Shown: piece after piece, positions 48,242 through 57,798 of the stretch
Position numbering within the stretch: the stretch's first letter is position 1
Layout: each line of letters starts with the position of its first letter
NCBI GenBank assembly: GCA_963662545.2
Contig: CAXXLL010000002.1
Location: forward strand, 832,001-896,000
Source: Gammaproteobacteria bacterium
GTDB lineage: Bacteria; Pseudomonadota; Gammaproteobacteria; Ga0077536
DNA length: 64,000 nucleotides
Direction: 5' to 3'
The notes under the pieces: model-generated
What the model saw: only the letters and a program-made list of their open reading frames with translations
What the model was told of the DNA's origin: nothing
The model's database searches: none
Position numbers and translations under genes: made by a program

Positions 48242-50911
48242 ATGGACCGTGCATTAGCCAACGAAGACGGCATCGACATCGACATCGCCGAGTGGCGCGA
48301 GTCACTCGATTACATCAACGACACCTACGGGCCGGAGGGCGTTCTCGCGATCATTCGGTCGCTGCAGAATCACGCCCTGTTGCGTGGGATCGCGCTCAAC
48401 GAAGCCACACTCAATACGCCGTACGTCAATAGCATTCCGCTGGCCGATCAGCCCGCCTACCCGGGCAATATCGCCATCGAAAAACGCATCGAAAATATCA
48501 TTCGCTGGAACGCCATGGCCATGGTACTGCGCGCCGCCGACAGCGGTAGCGGCGTCGGCGGTCATATCGCGACCTTTTCCTCGGCCGCAACGATGATGGA
48601 AGTCGGCTTCAACCACTTCTTTCGCAAGCACTCGGCGGATTACGGCGGCGACGTGGTGATCCCGCAGCCACATGCGGCGCCCGGTATCTATGCGCGGGCC
48701 TATGTCGAAGGTCGGCTGAGTGCGGGACAATTGGATAATTTCCGCCGCGAACTCCAGCCCGAAGGCGGGCTTAGCTGCTATCCCCATCCGCGCCTGATGC
48801 CCGATTTCTGGCAAGTGCCGTGCGCTTCCATGGGCCTGTCGACGCCGACGGCAATCTACCAGGCCCGTTTCGCCAAATACCTCGAAAACCGGGGCCTGAA
48901 GCCGGTCAACGGCGGCAAGGTCTGGTGCTTCATCGGCGACGGCGAGGCCGATGAACCCGAAGTCCTCGGCACGATCAACATCGCTGCCAGAGAAAAGCTC
49001 GATAACCTCGTTTTGATCGTCAATTGCAACCTGCAGCGGCTGGACGGGCCCGTGCGGGGCAACGGCAAGATCATCCAGGAACTCGAGCGCAGTTTTCGCG
49101 GTGCCGACTGGAACGTCGTCAAGGTCATCTGGGGCAGCGGTTGGGACGGCTTGCTGGCACAAGACGACGAGGGTGTGCTGCGCCAGCGCATGGAGGACGC
49201 CGTTGACGGGGATTACCAGTGGTATTCGGTGTCGCCCGGCAACATGCAGCGCGAGCACTGGGTGGAGAACAATCCCAAGCTCGCGCAAATGATGAACGCC
49301 CTGACCGACGAGGAACTGCGCGACATCAAGCGCGGCGGGCAGGATCCCAAGAAAATCTATGCGGCGTTCGAGCAGGCGCGGCTTATCGAAGGCACACCGA
49401 CGGTCATTCTCATCAAGACCGTCAAGGGTGACGGCATGGGCGCGATCCAGGGCCGTAACACAGTCCACCAGAAGAAGAATCTGAAGCCTGAGGAACGGCT
49501 CGCCTGTGCCGCCGAATACGGCATTCCGCTCTCGCCTGAAGAGATCGTCCGGGCCGAATTCTACCGTCCGCCCGAGGACAGCGAGGAGTTCCGCTACATA
49601 CGCCGTCACCGCGCGCAGCTGGGCGGGTTTCTGCCGGCACGCGAAGTTTCCTGCGCGCCGCTCAAGACGCCGTCGATTGCGGACTTCGCCGAATTTCTCG
49701 CTGGTTCGGGTAACCGCGCCGCGTCCACGACAATGGCCGCCGTGCGGCTGCTTGCGCGCCTGCTGAAAGACAAAGACATCGGCCAGTACGTGGTGCCGAT
49801 CGTGCCGGACGAGGCGCGGACTTTCGGCATGGACGGCTTGTTCCGGGTCGCCGGTATCTACTCGCCGGAGGGGCAGAATTATCAGCCGGTCGATGCCGAT
49901 TCGCTGCTTCCCTATCGGGAAGCCACCGACGGCCAGATCCTGCAGGAAGGGATCTGCGAAACCGGTGCAATCGCCTCCTTTCTCGCTGCCGGCACTGCGT
50001 ATGCGGCGCACGGCATACCCACGATACCTTTTTATTTTTTCTATTCCATTTTTGGATTCCAACGCGTCGGCGACATGATCTGGACCTGCGGTGACATGAT
50101 GTGCCGGGGGTTTCTGATGGGGGGAACGGCCGGCCGCACGACCTTGAATGGAGAAGGTCTGCAGCATCAGGACGGACATTCGCAGTTGGTCGCGGAAACG
50201 ATACCGAATCTCAAGAGCTACGATCCGGCATTCGCCTATGAACTGGCGATCATCATCCGCGACGGAATCCGGCGCATGTACGAGGAGCAGGAAGAGGTTT
50301 TTTATTACATCACGGTTTACAACGAAGCCTACGTGATGCCGCCGCTGCCCCTGGAGGACCCGACGGAAGGTATTCTGCGCGGTCTCTACAAATACCGGCC
50401 CAGCGGGATCGAATCGGCGCATAAGGCGCATGTTCTCGCGAGCGGCCCGATCGTCCAGCAGGCGCTGGCGGCGGCGCGGCTGCTTGAGCAGCATGGTATT
50501 GCGGCAGACGTTTGGAGCGTCACGAGCTTCAATGAACTCTATCGCGACGCACTCGCCTGTGAACGCTTCAATCGCATGCATCCGATGGATGCGCCGCGCA
50601 TGAGCTTTCTCGAGTCATCACTCGTAGACGAAACGGGCGTGTTCATATCCGTCAGTGATTACATGAAAGCACTTGGTAGCAAGCTCGCCAAGTGGATTCC
50701 GGGTGAGTACATCGTGCTGGGCACCGATGGTTACGGGCTCAGCGAGTCGCGCGCCGCCTTAAGGCAATATTTTGAAATCAATCCCGAATATATTGCGCTC
50801 GCGGCGCTCGAGGCGTTGGCTCGGGGCGGCGCAGTGTCCCGCGAAGAGGTCGCCGCGTTCATTGCCGAGAACGAAATAGACGTCGAAAAGCGCAGCCCGG
50901 TGGACTTCTGA
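48242..50911 (+). CDS. aceE: Homodimeric 2-oxoacid (pyruvate) dehydrogenase E1, AceE/MdeB type
   Basis: GGHIAT, GDGEADEPE ThDP motif, NCNLQRLDGPV, DEARTFGM and GEGLQHQDG. Confidence 0.88.
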   Translation: MDRALANEDGIDIDIAEWRESLDYINDTYGPEGVLAIIRSLQNHALLRGIALNEATLNTPYVNSIPLADQPAYPGNIAIEKRIENIIRWNAMAMVLRAADSGSGVGGHIATFSSAATMMEVGFNHFFRKHSADYGGDVVIPQPHAAPGIYARAYVEGRLSAGQLDNFRRELQPEGGLSCYPHPRLMPDFWQVPCASMGLSTPTAIYQARFAKYLENRGLKPVNGGKVWCFIGDGEADEPEVLGTINIAAREKLDNLVLIVNCNLQRLDGPVRGNGKIIQELERSFRGADWNVVKVIWGSGWDGLLAQDDEGVLRQRMEDAVDGDYQWYSVSPGNMQREHWVENNPKLAQMMNALTDEELRDIKRGGQDPKKIYAAFEQARLIEGTPTVILIKTVKGDGMGAIQGRNTVHQKKNLKPEERLACAAEYGIPLSPEEIVRAEFYRPPEDSEEFRYIRRHRAQLGGFLPAREVSCAPLKTPSIADFAEFLAGSGNRAASTTMAAVRLLARLLKDKDIGQYVVPIVPDEARTFGMDGLFRVAGIYSPEGQNYQPVDADSLLPYREATDGQILQEGICETGAIASFLAAGTAYAAHGIPTIPFYFFYSIFGFQRVGDMIWTCGDMMCRGFLMGGTAGRTTLNGEGLQHQDGHSQLVAETIPNLKSYDPAFAYELAIIIRDGIRRMYEEQEEVFYYITVYNEAYVMPPLPLEDPTEGILRGLYKYRPSGIESAHKAHVLASGPIVQQALAAARLLEQHGIAADVWSVTSFNELYRDALACERFNRMHPMDAPRMSFLESSLVDETGVFISVSDYMKALGSKLAKWIPGEYIVLGTDGYGLSESRAALRQYFEINPEYIALAALEALARGGAVSREEVAAFIAENEIDVEKRSPVDF

Positions 50912-50919
50912 GACCAGCG

Positions 50920-52236
50920 GTGAGCAAGCTTCGGATCCCGGATCTCGGTGAAGGTGTCGACGAGGGTACGGTGCTGGCCGTGCTGGTCACGGTTGGCGCT
51001 ACGGTATCCGAGGGGCAGGCCCTGCTCGAGGTCGAAACGGACAAGGTGACATTCGAGATCCCCTCACCGCGTAGCGGGATCATCGAAGACCTCAAAGTGG
51101 AAGCGAATGACATTATTCGAACGGGCGACATTTTCGCGCGGATGTCCGCCGATCATGCGGTGCAAGACTCTGATCAAAGGCAGCTTGCAACCGCGACGAC
51201 AGCGGGCATGGCGACGCTCGTCGACCTTCGAAGCGATGTAGAAGATCGCGATGCGGTTTCCGATGACAGCGCGCTGCAGCCGTCGTCGTCGGCGCGCACG
51301 GCAAGCGGAATCTCGAGTGGCCCGTTAACGACCAGCGAGGTCGTGCGCGCGGGCCCGGCCGCACGCCGTGAGGCGCGCGAACTCGGGATTGCCATCGACA
51401 CAGTCGCCGCAACAGGACCACGCAAGCGCATCACCAAGGACGATGTGCGCCGGACTGCGCGGCAGTTGCTTACCGCCGGCAGTGCAAGCTTACCCGCGGA
51501 ACCAAGGCTTCCCGATTTATCGGCGTTTGGACCCGTACGCGAGGTAGCACTTACGCGGGTGGAACAGGCGACGGCACGCAACATAGCGCGGGGAGCGACG
51601 TTTATTCCGCACGCCTGGATCGAACAGAAGGCCGACGTCACGGTACTGGAGGCGCGCCGCCGCGAGTTGCGCGCGGCCCAGGCGTCATCCGATCCGCCGC
51701 TGACCATGACCGTGGTGCTGTGCAAGGCCGTCGCGTCCGCGCTCGCCGTGTTCCCGCGCTTTAACGCTGCGATCGAAATGCGCACGCAGACACTGCTCTA
51801 CCGCGAATACGTCAACATCGGCGTGGCCGTCGACAGCGACGGCAATCTGCTGGTTCCGGTCGTCAAAGACGTTCCCGAATTGAGTGTTTCAGGCGTGGCC
51901 GAAGAACTGCGCCGCATGACCCGTGCCGCGCGCCGGAACCGGATCGAAGGCGTCGACCTGCGTGGTGCGGGCATCACGATCACGAACCTGGGGGGCATCG
52001 GCATCACCGGGATACAACCGATCATCAACTGGCCGGAAGTCGCGATCTTGGGGATCTCGTCCACCGAGGAAGTGCTGTGGAAAAAAGGGAATGAGGTCCA
52101 GGCGCGGCTCCTGCTGCCCATTACCCTGGGATTCGATCACCGTGCGAACAACGGTGCGGATGCGGCGCGATTCCTCAATGCCATCTGCGCCGCGCTGTCG
52201 GAACCGAATCTCCTGCTGCCGGTCAACGAGGCGTGA
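50920..52236 (+). CDS. Dihydrolipoamide acyltransferase E2 with a single lipoyl domain
   Basis: ETDKV lipoyl site, AGPAARREARELG E3-binding domain and DHRANNG catalytic motif. Confidence 0.88.
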   Translation: MSKLRIPDLGEGVDEGTVLAVLVTVGATVSEGQALLEVETDKVTFEIPSPRSGIIEDLKVEANDIIRTGDIFARMSADHAVQDSDQRQLATATTAGMATLVDLRSDVEDRDAVSDDSALQPSSSARTASGISSGPLTTSEVVRAGPAARREARELGIAIDTVAATGPRKRITKDDVRRTARQLLTAGSASLPAEPRLPDLSAFGPVREVALTRVEQATARNIARGATFIPHAWIEQKADVTVLEARRRELRAAQASSDPPLTMTVVLCKAVASALAVFPRFNAAIEMRTQTLLYREYVNIGVAVDSDGNLLVPVVKDVPELSVSGVAEELRRMTRAARRNRIEGVDLRGAGITITNLGGIGITGIQPIINWPEVAILGISSTEEVLWKKGNEVQARLLLPITLGFDHRANNGADAARFLNAICAALSEPNLLLPVNEA

Positions 52237-52321
52237 TTCGCCAGGATGCTGGATCCTGCTTACCTATTGATCATTCCGTGCTCGCCGTCCATGGCCGGCC
52301 GTTCCCTGGGAGAAAGCCGCG

Positions 52322-54760
52322 TTAAGTGACTTTCTCTGTTTCCAGCCCGCGCTCGCCGGCCTTGAGCGAAAGCTCGGAGATATCCACGCTCTCGCCAACG
52401 ATCAAATCCTCTCTCGCCAGGAATGCGGGCTTGATGAACCATACGAGCATCGGCAACACCACGAGTGACAGGACCATATTGATCAACATGATGGACACCA
52501 GCAGGAGACCCATGTCGGCCATGAATTTGAGGTCGGACAGAAAGTACCAGGGGAGAATGCCGATCAGCATGACCGAGGCGGTGAACATGATCGCCTTGCC
52601 CGTGGTGGTGAGCGCCGCGTTGATCGCTTTTTTGAGATCGTGATCCAACGCGGAATATTCTTCGCAGATTCGCGACAACAGGTAAATGCCGTAATCGATG
52701 CCGATCCCGACGCCCATTACTGCCACGATCACCGCATTGATGTCCATGCCGATCCCGAGCATGTGCATGGTTGCCCCGAGCAGGAGATTCGATAGATTCA
52801 CGGGAATCAGCAGGATGAAAGCGGCGACGAGCGAACGGTAGGCGTATGCCGAGATCAACATGACGGCGAAGTTCAGCAGTCCGAGGATGAACCAGTGGTA
52901 GCGTTCGACCACGTAATTCATCGCCTGTTGTAACGCGATGACGCCGGTGCCCAGACGCACGCGAAATTCAGGATGATCTTCTTGAACCGCCGCGACCGCC
53001 CGCTTTGCGCTCGCGAGTGCGGCGTCGATCGTTTCTTGCTTGTTGTCTTTGTACCAGAATGTAACCGTTGAATTCTGTAGACCAAAATCTATGACGTGGC
53101 CGAAATTGATCGGGCTCGAGCCGAACATCGCGGCAAAACCGGCGGCGTTGACGGCTTCCACAGTCCGGTCCAGAGGCGACCACTTGGGATTACCGCCCGA
53201 GAACAGGCGGTTTGTTTCGCGCATGTAGTCGGTGAACGACAGCGTGGCGCGTGGTGGCAGCTCCGCATCGGCTTCCATTCGCCGCTGCAATTCGCTGGCG
53301 ACGGCGACCACCTCCGGCGTGCGGCCGACCCGGTATTCAACATCTTCCTCCTTCGCCTCGAGCACGATTTCGAGCGTGTTCATGCCCGGGAAATGCGCGT
53401 TAATGGCACGTACGGCCGTGTTGAATTCGGATTCGTACCAGAGCAGGTTGCTGCCCTCGACGGGATTGCCGATCTTGATCTGCGTATTCATATAGAGCGC
53501 GAACACGCCGACGAATACGGTCACGATCGCAGTAAACTTGGCGGGTTTTCCAACAGTCAGGCCGGCGAGGCGATGTAAGACCCTTTCCTGCAGGAGATGG
53601 ATACCTGACTCCTTCTCCTCGCCACCCACGATCTCCGCAATATTCCCCGGCACCGGCAGGTAGGAGAGAATGATCGAGACCATGAAAACGCCCGTGGGAA
53701 TGATCCACAAGGCCCAGAAGCCACAGAATAGTGCGTGATTCACCATCGTCTGGATGGGCGCCACCGCGATGAAGACGATACCGCAGACGTCAGTGAGGAT
53801 GCCGAGGATCGACGGCGCCATCATGATTCCCATGGTGACTTCGGCTGCCTGGCGGCGATCCTTCAGCTGCATAAGGATCTCGTAGAAGCGTTCGGTGTAC
53901 TGTACGCAGTGAGAAAACGATCGCGCCACGAGTAGCAGCGGCACGATCATCAACAGGGGCTCGATCGGTCGGCCCAGCCAGCCGATGAAGCCGAAACTCC
54001 AGATGCCCGCGACCAATGCACACAGGACCGGCGTGACCACGCCCCCGAAATTGCGCATGTAAAACACCAAGGCCAGGATCAGCGCACCGACCGTCACCGC
54101 GAAAATCCTGTAGGTCTGTTTCTGCAGCTTGTAAACCCAGCCGGTCAGTACCGGCTGGCCCGCCAGGTAGACCTCATGCTCGTCGTCCCGTGCGTTTTCG
54201 ACCAATGATTGCGCATAAGCAAAGGCCTCACCGTATTTGATCGAGTCCTGAAACGCGGCGTTGATCAGAGTGGCCGATTCATCATGGGAAATGAAAAAGG
54301 CCCGCGCATTGAGCGAAATTTCTACGCGCCGCCGGAATTCCTGCATTTCCTCGTCGGCGACCGGTGCCTTGTTCCCCATCAGCGGCTGCGTATCGATGCC
54401 ATCAGGGGTGGCTTCGGCGTAACGCAGCTTCTCGGTCGATATAGAAATGACCTGATCGTGATCGACGCCGGGCGCGAGGTCGATGTCGCGGGTCAATTGC
54501 CAGACTTTGTACAGCGTTTCAGGATTGTATATGTCGCCGTTCTTTCGCTTGACCATGATGGACATGGTCAAGGGATTGCCGAAGTTGCGGTGGTCGAAAT
54601 AGACCTGCACGTAGGGGTCGTCTTTGGGGAGGAGATCGTTGAAGACCGTGCGGATTTGCACGTGCGGAAATCCGGTCAAGAATCCGAGAGTGACGGCGAT
54701 AAATCCGATCCCCACGCCCAGGCGGTTTTTCATGATCCAACGCGCAATATGAAATCTCAT
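52322..54760 (-). CDS. MMPL/RND-superfamily transporter
   Basis: Two repeats of TM bundle plus periplasmic loop, with GIGIDYGIYL and TTGKAIMFTA. Confidence 0.88.
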   Translation of the reverse strand: MRFHIARWIMKNRLGVGIGFIAVTLGFLTGFPHVQIRTVFNDLLPKDDPYVQVYFDHRNFGNPLTMSIMVKRKNGDIYNPETLYKVWQLTRDIDLAPGVDHDQVISISTEKLRYAEATPDGIDTQPLMGNKAPVADEEMQEFRRRVEISLNARAFFISHDESATLINAAFQDSIKYGEAFAYAQSLVENARDDEHEVYLAGQPVLTGWVYKLQKQTYRIFAVTVGALILALVFYMRNFGGVVTPVLCALVAGIWSFGFIGWLGRPIEPLLMIVPLLLVARSFSHCVQYTERFYEILMQLKDRRQAAEVTMGIMMAPSILGILTDVCGIVFIAVAPIQTMVNHALFCGFWALWIIPTGVFMVSIILSYLPVPGNIAEIVGGEEKESGIHLLQERVLHRLAGLTVGKPAKFTAIVTVFVGVFALYMNTQIKIGNPVEGSNLLWYESEFNTAVRAINAHFPGMNTLEIVLEAKEEDVEYRVGRTPEVVAVASELQRRMEADAELPPRATLSFTDYMRETNRLFSGGNPKWSPLDRTVEAVNAAGFAAMFGSSPINFGHVIDFGLQNSTVTFWYKDNKQETIDAALASAKRAVAAVQEDHPEFRVRLGTGVIALQQAMNYVVERYHWFILGLLNFAVMLISAYAYRSLVAAFILLIPVNLSNLLLGATMHMLGIGMDINAVIVAVMGVGIGIDYGIYLLSRICEEYSALDHDLKKAINAALTTTGKAIMFTASVMLIGILPWYFLSDLKFMADMGLLLVSIMLINMVLSLVVLPMLVWFIKPAFLAREDLIVGESVDISELSLKAGERGLETEKVT

Positions 54761-55103
54761 TGACTGACTTACGCCCCGACTGGTACCCAATTGCATTCAG
54801 CTCGATCGAATCTTCGAGCACGTATCTTCAGTGTGATTTCGCCTATCGAACGACGCATGCGACGAAGCGCCCGATTCGATATCTCGTGGCGGAGCGAGTC
54901 TGCTGCGAGACGTTCTAGCCTGGACACAATGACGACGCCAGAAGGTGTTCCGCTGCAGGTTTCCTCAGCGCTCTGGGACAACCGGCCTAGATGCGGAACC
55001 GCAGCACCCCGAAAGAAATCGGCGCGAAGTTTAGCAATTAAATGGCGCCGTAGCGCTACCGGCCTCAATAAACTTCAGTAAAACCGGAAACGGACCGACT
55101 TGT

Positions 55104-56645
55104 CTATTCGAGCCCGAGTTTTCCGGCCAGGCCGATTCGCTGGAGTTTCCCCGTTGATCCCTTCGGAATCTCGTCGACGAAGCAGACGGTCCGCGGCACC
55201 TTGAACGAAGCCAGACGTTCGCTCGCGAAATACCGCAGCTCCTTTTCCGTCAAGGTCGCGCCGTCGTGGAGAATGACCGCCGCGGCCACGTCTTCACCGA
55301 GCTTTGGATGCCGGACCGCGAAAGTCACGATCTGCTTAATGGCCTCGTGTTCCATCAGAACGTCGTCGACTTCTCGGGGCGAGATCTTTTCGCCACCGCG
55401 ATTGATGATCTCCTTGATGCGCCCGTCGATACGGAGGTAGTGGTCGTCGTCGAATACACCGAGGTCGCCGGTGCGAAACCACTTCGCGCCGCCGTCGGGG
55501 TCGGATTGGAATCCCGCTGCGTTGGCGCCTGGATTTTTCTCGTAGCCGGCGGTGACGTTCGGCCCGCGAATGACGATCTCGCCCTGCGCGCCGCTGGCGA
55601 CGAATTGCCCGTCCTCGCCCATTAAACGTACTTCGGGACCGGCGGGTAGTCCGACCTTACCCGCTTTCCTCGGCGCCGGCGGCAAGGGATTGGAAGTCAT
55701 CTGATGGCAGGCTTCCGTCATGCCGTAGGATTCGATTACCGGGCAGGAGAAAGTCTGACCGAGGCTCTCCATGACCGGCGCGGGCAGTGAAGCCGAAGAC
55801 GAACGGATGAATCGCAGCCCGCAGGTTTGGGTGATTTCCGGGTTGCGCGCAGCCCGGTCGAGGATGAGCTGGTGCATGGTCGGAACCGCTGTGTACCAGT
55901 TGGGACGGACCTGGTCGAGCCAAGCGAAGAAGCGCACCGCGTTGAAGCCCGGGCTGCACACTACCTCACCGCCGCTCCGCACCGTGGCCAGCACCGCCGC
56001 GATCAAGCCGTGAATATGGAACAAGGGCATGATATTTAGACAGCGGTCCTGCGGCGTCAGGCCGAGTGTCTCGGTGATGTGGCGAGCTGAGGCGCAAAGG
56101 TTCGACTGCGATAGGGGGACGATCTTCGGTCGTGAGGTCGTTCCCGAGGTATGCAGTACGAGGGCAATATCGTCGGCACCAGCCGGGGTCGGGTTCGGTC
56201 GCCTTTCCGCCGCGGTGAATTCGAACCTAAATTGTCCCGCGGCTACCCCCGTGTCTTCGATCAACTCGATGATGCGAATGCCGAGCCGGGAGGCCACGTC
56301 CCGTGCCGGTGTCTCCTCGCCCTGTAGGACGATTATTGCACCGGGTTCCAGATCGGACAGATAGAACTCAAATTCGGTCTCGCGGTATCCAGGATTCAGC
56401 GGTGCGGCCCCGGCCGAACCCGCGACGCCCATGAAGCATGATGCCATCGCGGGGCCGTTCGGCAGAACGATGGCAACGCGATCCGTGGCGCCGATCCCGC
56501 AACGAGCGAGATCTTCGCGCACCGAAATTTGCAACTCCCGTAACGCGGCGTAGGCCATCGATTCGCGGCCGGGTGCGCCGATGGCCGCTGCGGACGGCAC
56601 GCATGGCGCTTCCGGCAACATCAAGGTCTGATGGCTTTCGCTCAT
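55104..56645 (-). CDS. Acyl-CoA synthetase (oxalate-CoA ligase-like)
   Basis: HTSGTTSRPK, PLFHIHGL, ESYGMTEACHQMTSNPLPP, NRGGEKISP and TGKLQR. Confidence 0.88.
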   Translation of the reverse strand: MSESHQTLMLPEAPCVPSAAAIGAPGRESMAYAALRELQISVREDLARCGIGATDRVAIVLPNGPAMASCFMGVAGSAGAAPLNPGYRETEFEFYLSDLEPGAIIVLQGEETPARDVASRLGIRIIELIEDTGVAAGQFRFEFTAAERRPNPTPAGADDIALVLHTSGTTSRPKIVPLSQSNLCASARHITETLGLTPQDRCLNIMPLFHIHGLIAAVLATVRSGGEVVCSPGFNAVRFFAWLDQVRPNWYTAVPTMHQLILDRAARNPEITQTCGLRFIRSSSASLPAPVMESLGQTFSCPVIESYGMTEACHQMTSNPLPPAPRKAGKVGLPAGPEVRLMGEDGQFVASGAQGEIVIRGPNVTAGYEKNPGANAAGFQSDPDGGAKWFRTGDLGVFDDDHYLRIDGRIKEIINRGGEKISPREVDDVLMEHEAIKQIVTFAVRHPKLGEDVAAAVILHDGATLTEKELRYFASERLASFKVPRTVCFVDEIPKGSTGKLQRIGLAGKLGLE

Positions 56646-56685
56646 GCCGGTTCACCTTCACCGCGGCACAGGTGCCACACGCGGT

Positions 56686-57471
56686 TCAGCGGGGCGCCAT
56701 ACGGATCGCGCCGTCCAGGCGCACGCTTTCGCCGTTGAAGTAGCCGTTCTCGATCATCGTCAGCGCCAGGTGGGCATATTCGGGCGGCACCCCGAGCCGT
56801 TTCGGAAAGGGTACGGACGCAGCGAGGGCCTGCTTGACCTTTTCAGGTGCGGCTTGAAGCAGAGGCGTATCGAAGATTCCGGGCAGTATGGTATTCACGC
56901 GGATACCCTCGCTCATGAGGTCACGCGCGATCGGCAAGGTCATGCCGACCACACCCGCCTTCGACGCCGAATACGAGGCTTGCCCCATCTGCCCGTCCTG
57001 GGCGGCAACGCTCGCGGTATTGATGATCACGCCGCGCTCGCCATATTCATCCACCGGATCGAGCGTCATCATGCCGGCGGCCGACTTGGCGGTGCAGCGA
57101 AACGTGCCGATGAGATTGATCTGGATGATCAATTCGAACGCGGCCAGCGGGAAATGCCTGATCGCGCCGGTCTTCTTGTCGCGCCCGGCGGTCTTAACCG
57201 CATTACCGGTGCCGGCGCAATTGATCAGGATCCTTTCCTGGCCGACCGCCGCCCGCGCTTTTTGAAAGCCGGCGTCGACGTCGGCTTCGCTGGTGACGTC
57301 GACCTTACAGAAGACGCCGCCGAGGTCCGTGGCAACGGCCTCGCCGTTCTCTTCGTTGAGATCGAAGATCGCGATCTTCACGCCCTTGGCCGCGAGCGCC
57401 CGCGCCGTCGCTTCGCCGAGCCCCGATGAGCCACCCGTGACGACGGCCGTTACCGATGAACCGAGTTCCAT
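56686..57471 (-). CDS. Type II 3-hydroxyacyl-CoA dehydrogenase (HSD17B10-like SDR)
   Basis: TGGSSGLG, NTASVAAQDGQMGQASYSASK and RLDGAIRM. Confidence 0.9.
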   Translation of the reverse strand: MELGSSVTAVVTGGSSGLGEATARALAAKGVKIAIFDLNEENGEAVATDLGGVFCKVDVTSEADVDAGFQKARAAVGQERILINCAGTGNAVKTAGRDKKTGAIRHFPLAAFELIIQINLIGTFRCTAKSAAGMMTLDPVDEYGERGVIINTASVAAQDGQMGQASYSASKAGVVGMTLPIARDLMSEGIRVNTILPGIFDTPLLQAAPEKVKQALAASVPFPKRLGVPPEYAHLALTMIENGYFNGESVRLDGAIRMAPR

Positions 57472-57798
57472 AATCGTTTTCCCCTGTTGAGTATTGAATC
57501 CAATGTCGATGAGCGTGCCGGGGTGGACCCGTGTGCGGCCGAATTACCGGAGTGGGAAGCTTGCGGCCCGCGACTTTGCCCGTCGTCTTATTCTCAAATG
57601 GGCGCCTGTTTTCGCCCGCGTGTGGGAGCCATTCTAGCGTCAGGTTCCGAAGCGCGAAAATCGCTCCGCGACCGCGGGCGCGCTTTAGGCGGCTTTGAGG
57701 AAACGCGGCCCCGATCAGCGGCGCCGCTGAACCGGGCCGTCAATATTTCTTGGACATTTTTCCGTACTCAAGATGGAATTCGAAACCGCAGCCGGTGC

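Noticed and set aside
48302-50581. 759-aa antisense ORF opposite aceE, and similar shadow ORFs (23976-25172, 33676-34722, 60531-61610)
   Set aside because: They overlap well-supported genes on the other strand, have no recognisable motifs, and are expected in GC-rich coding DNA.
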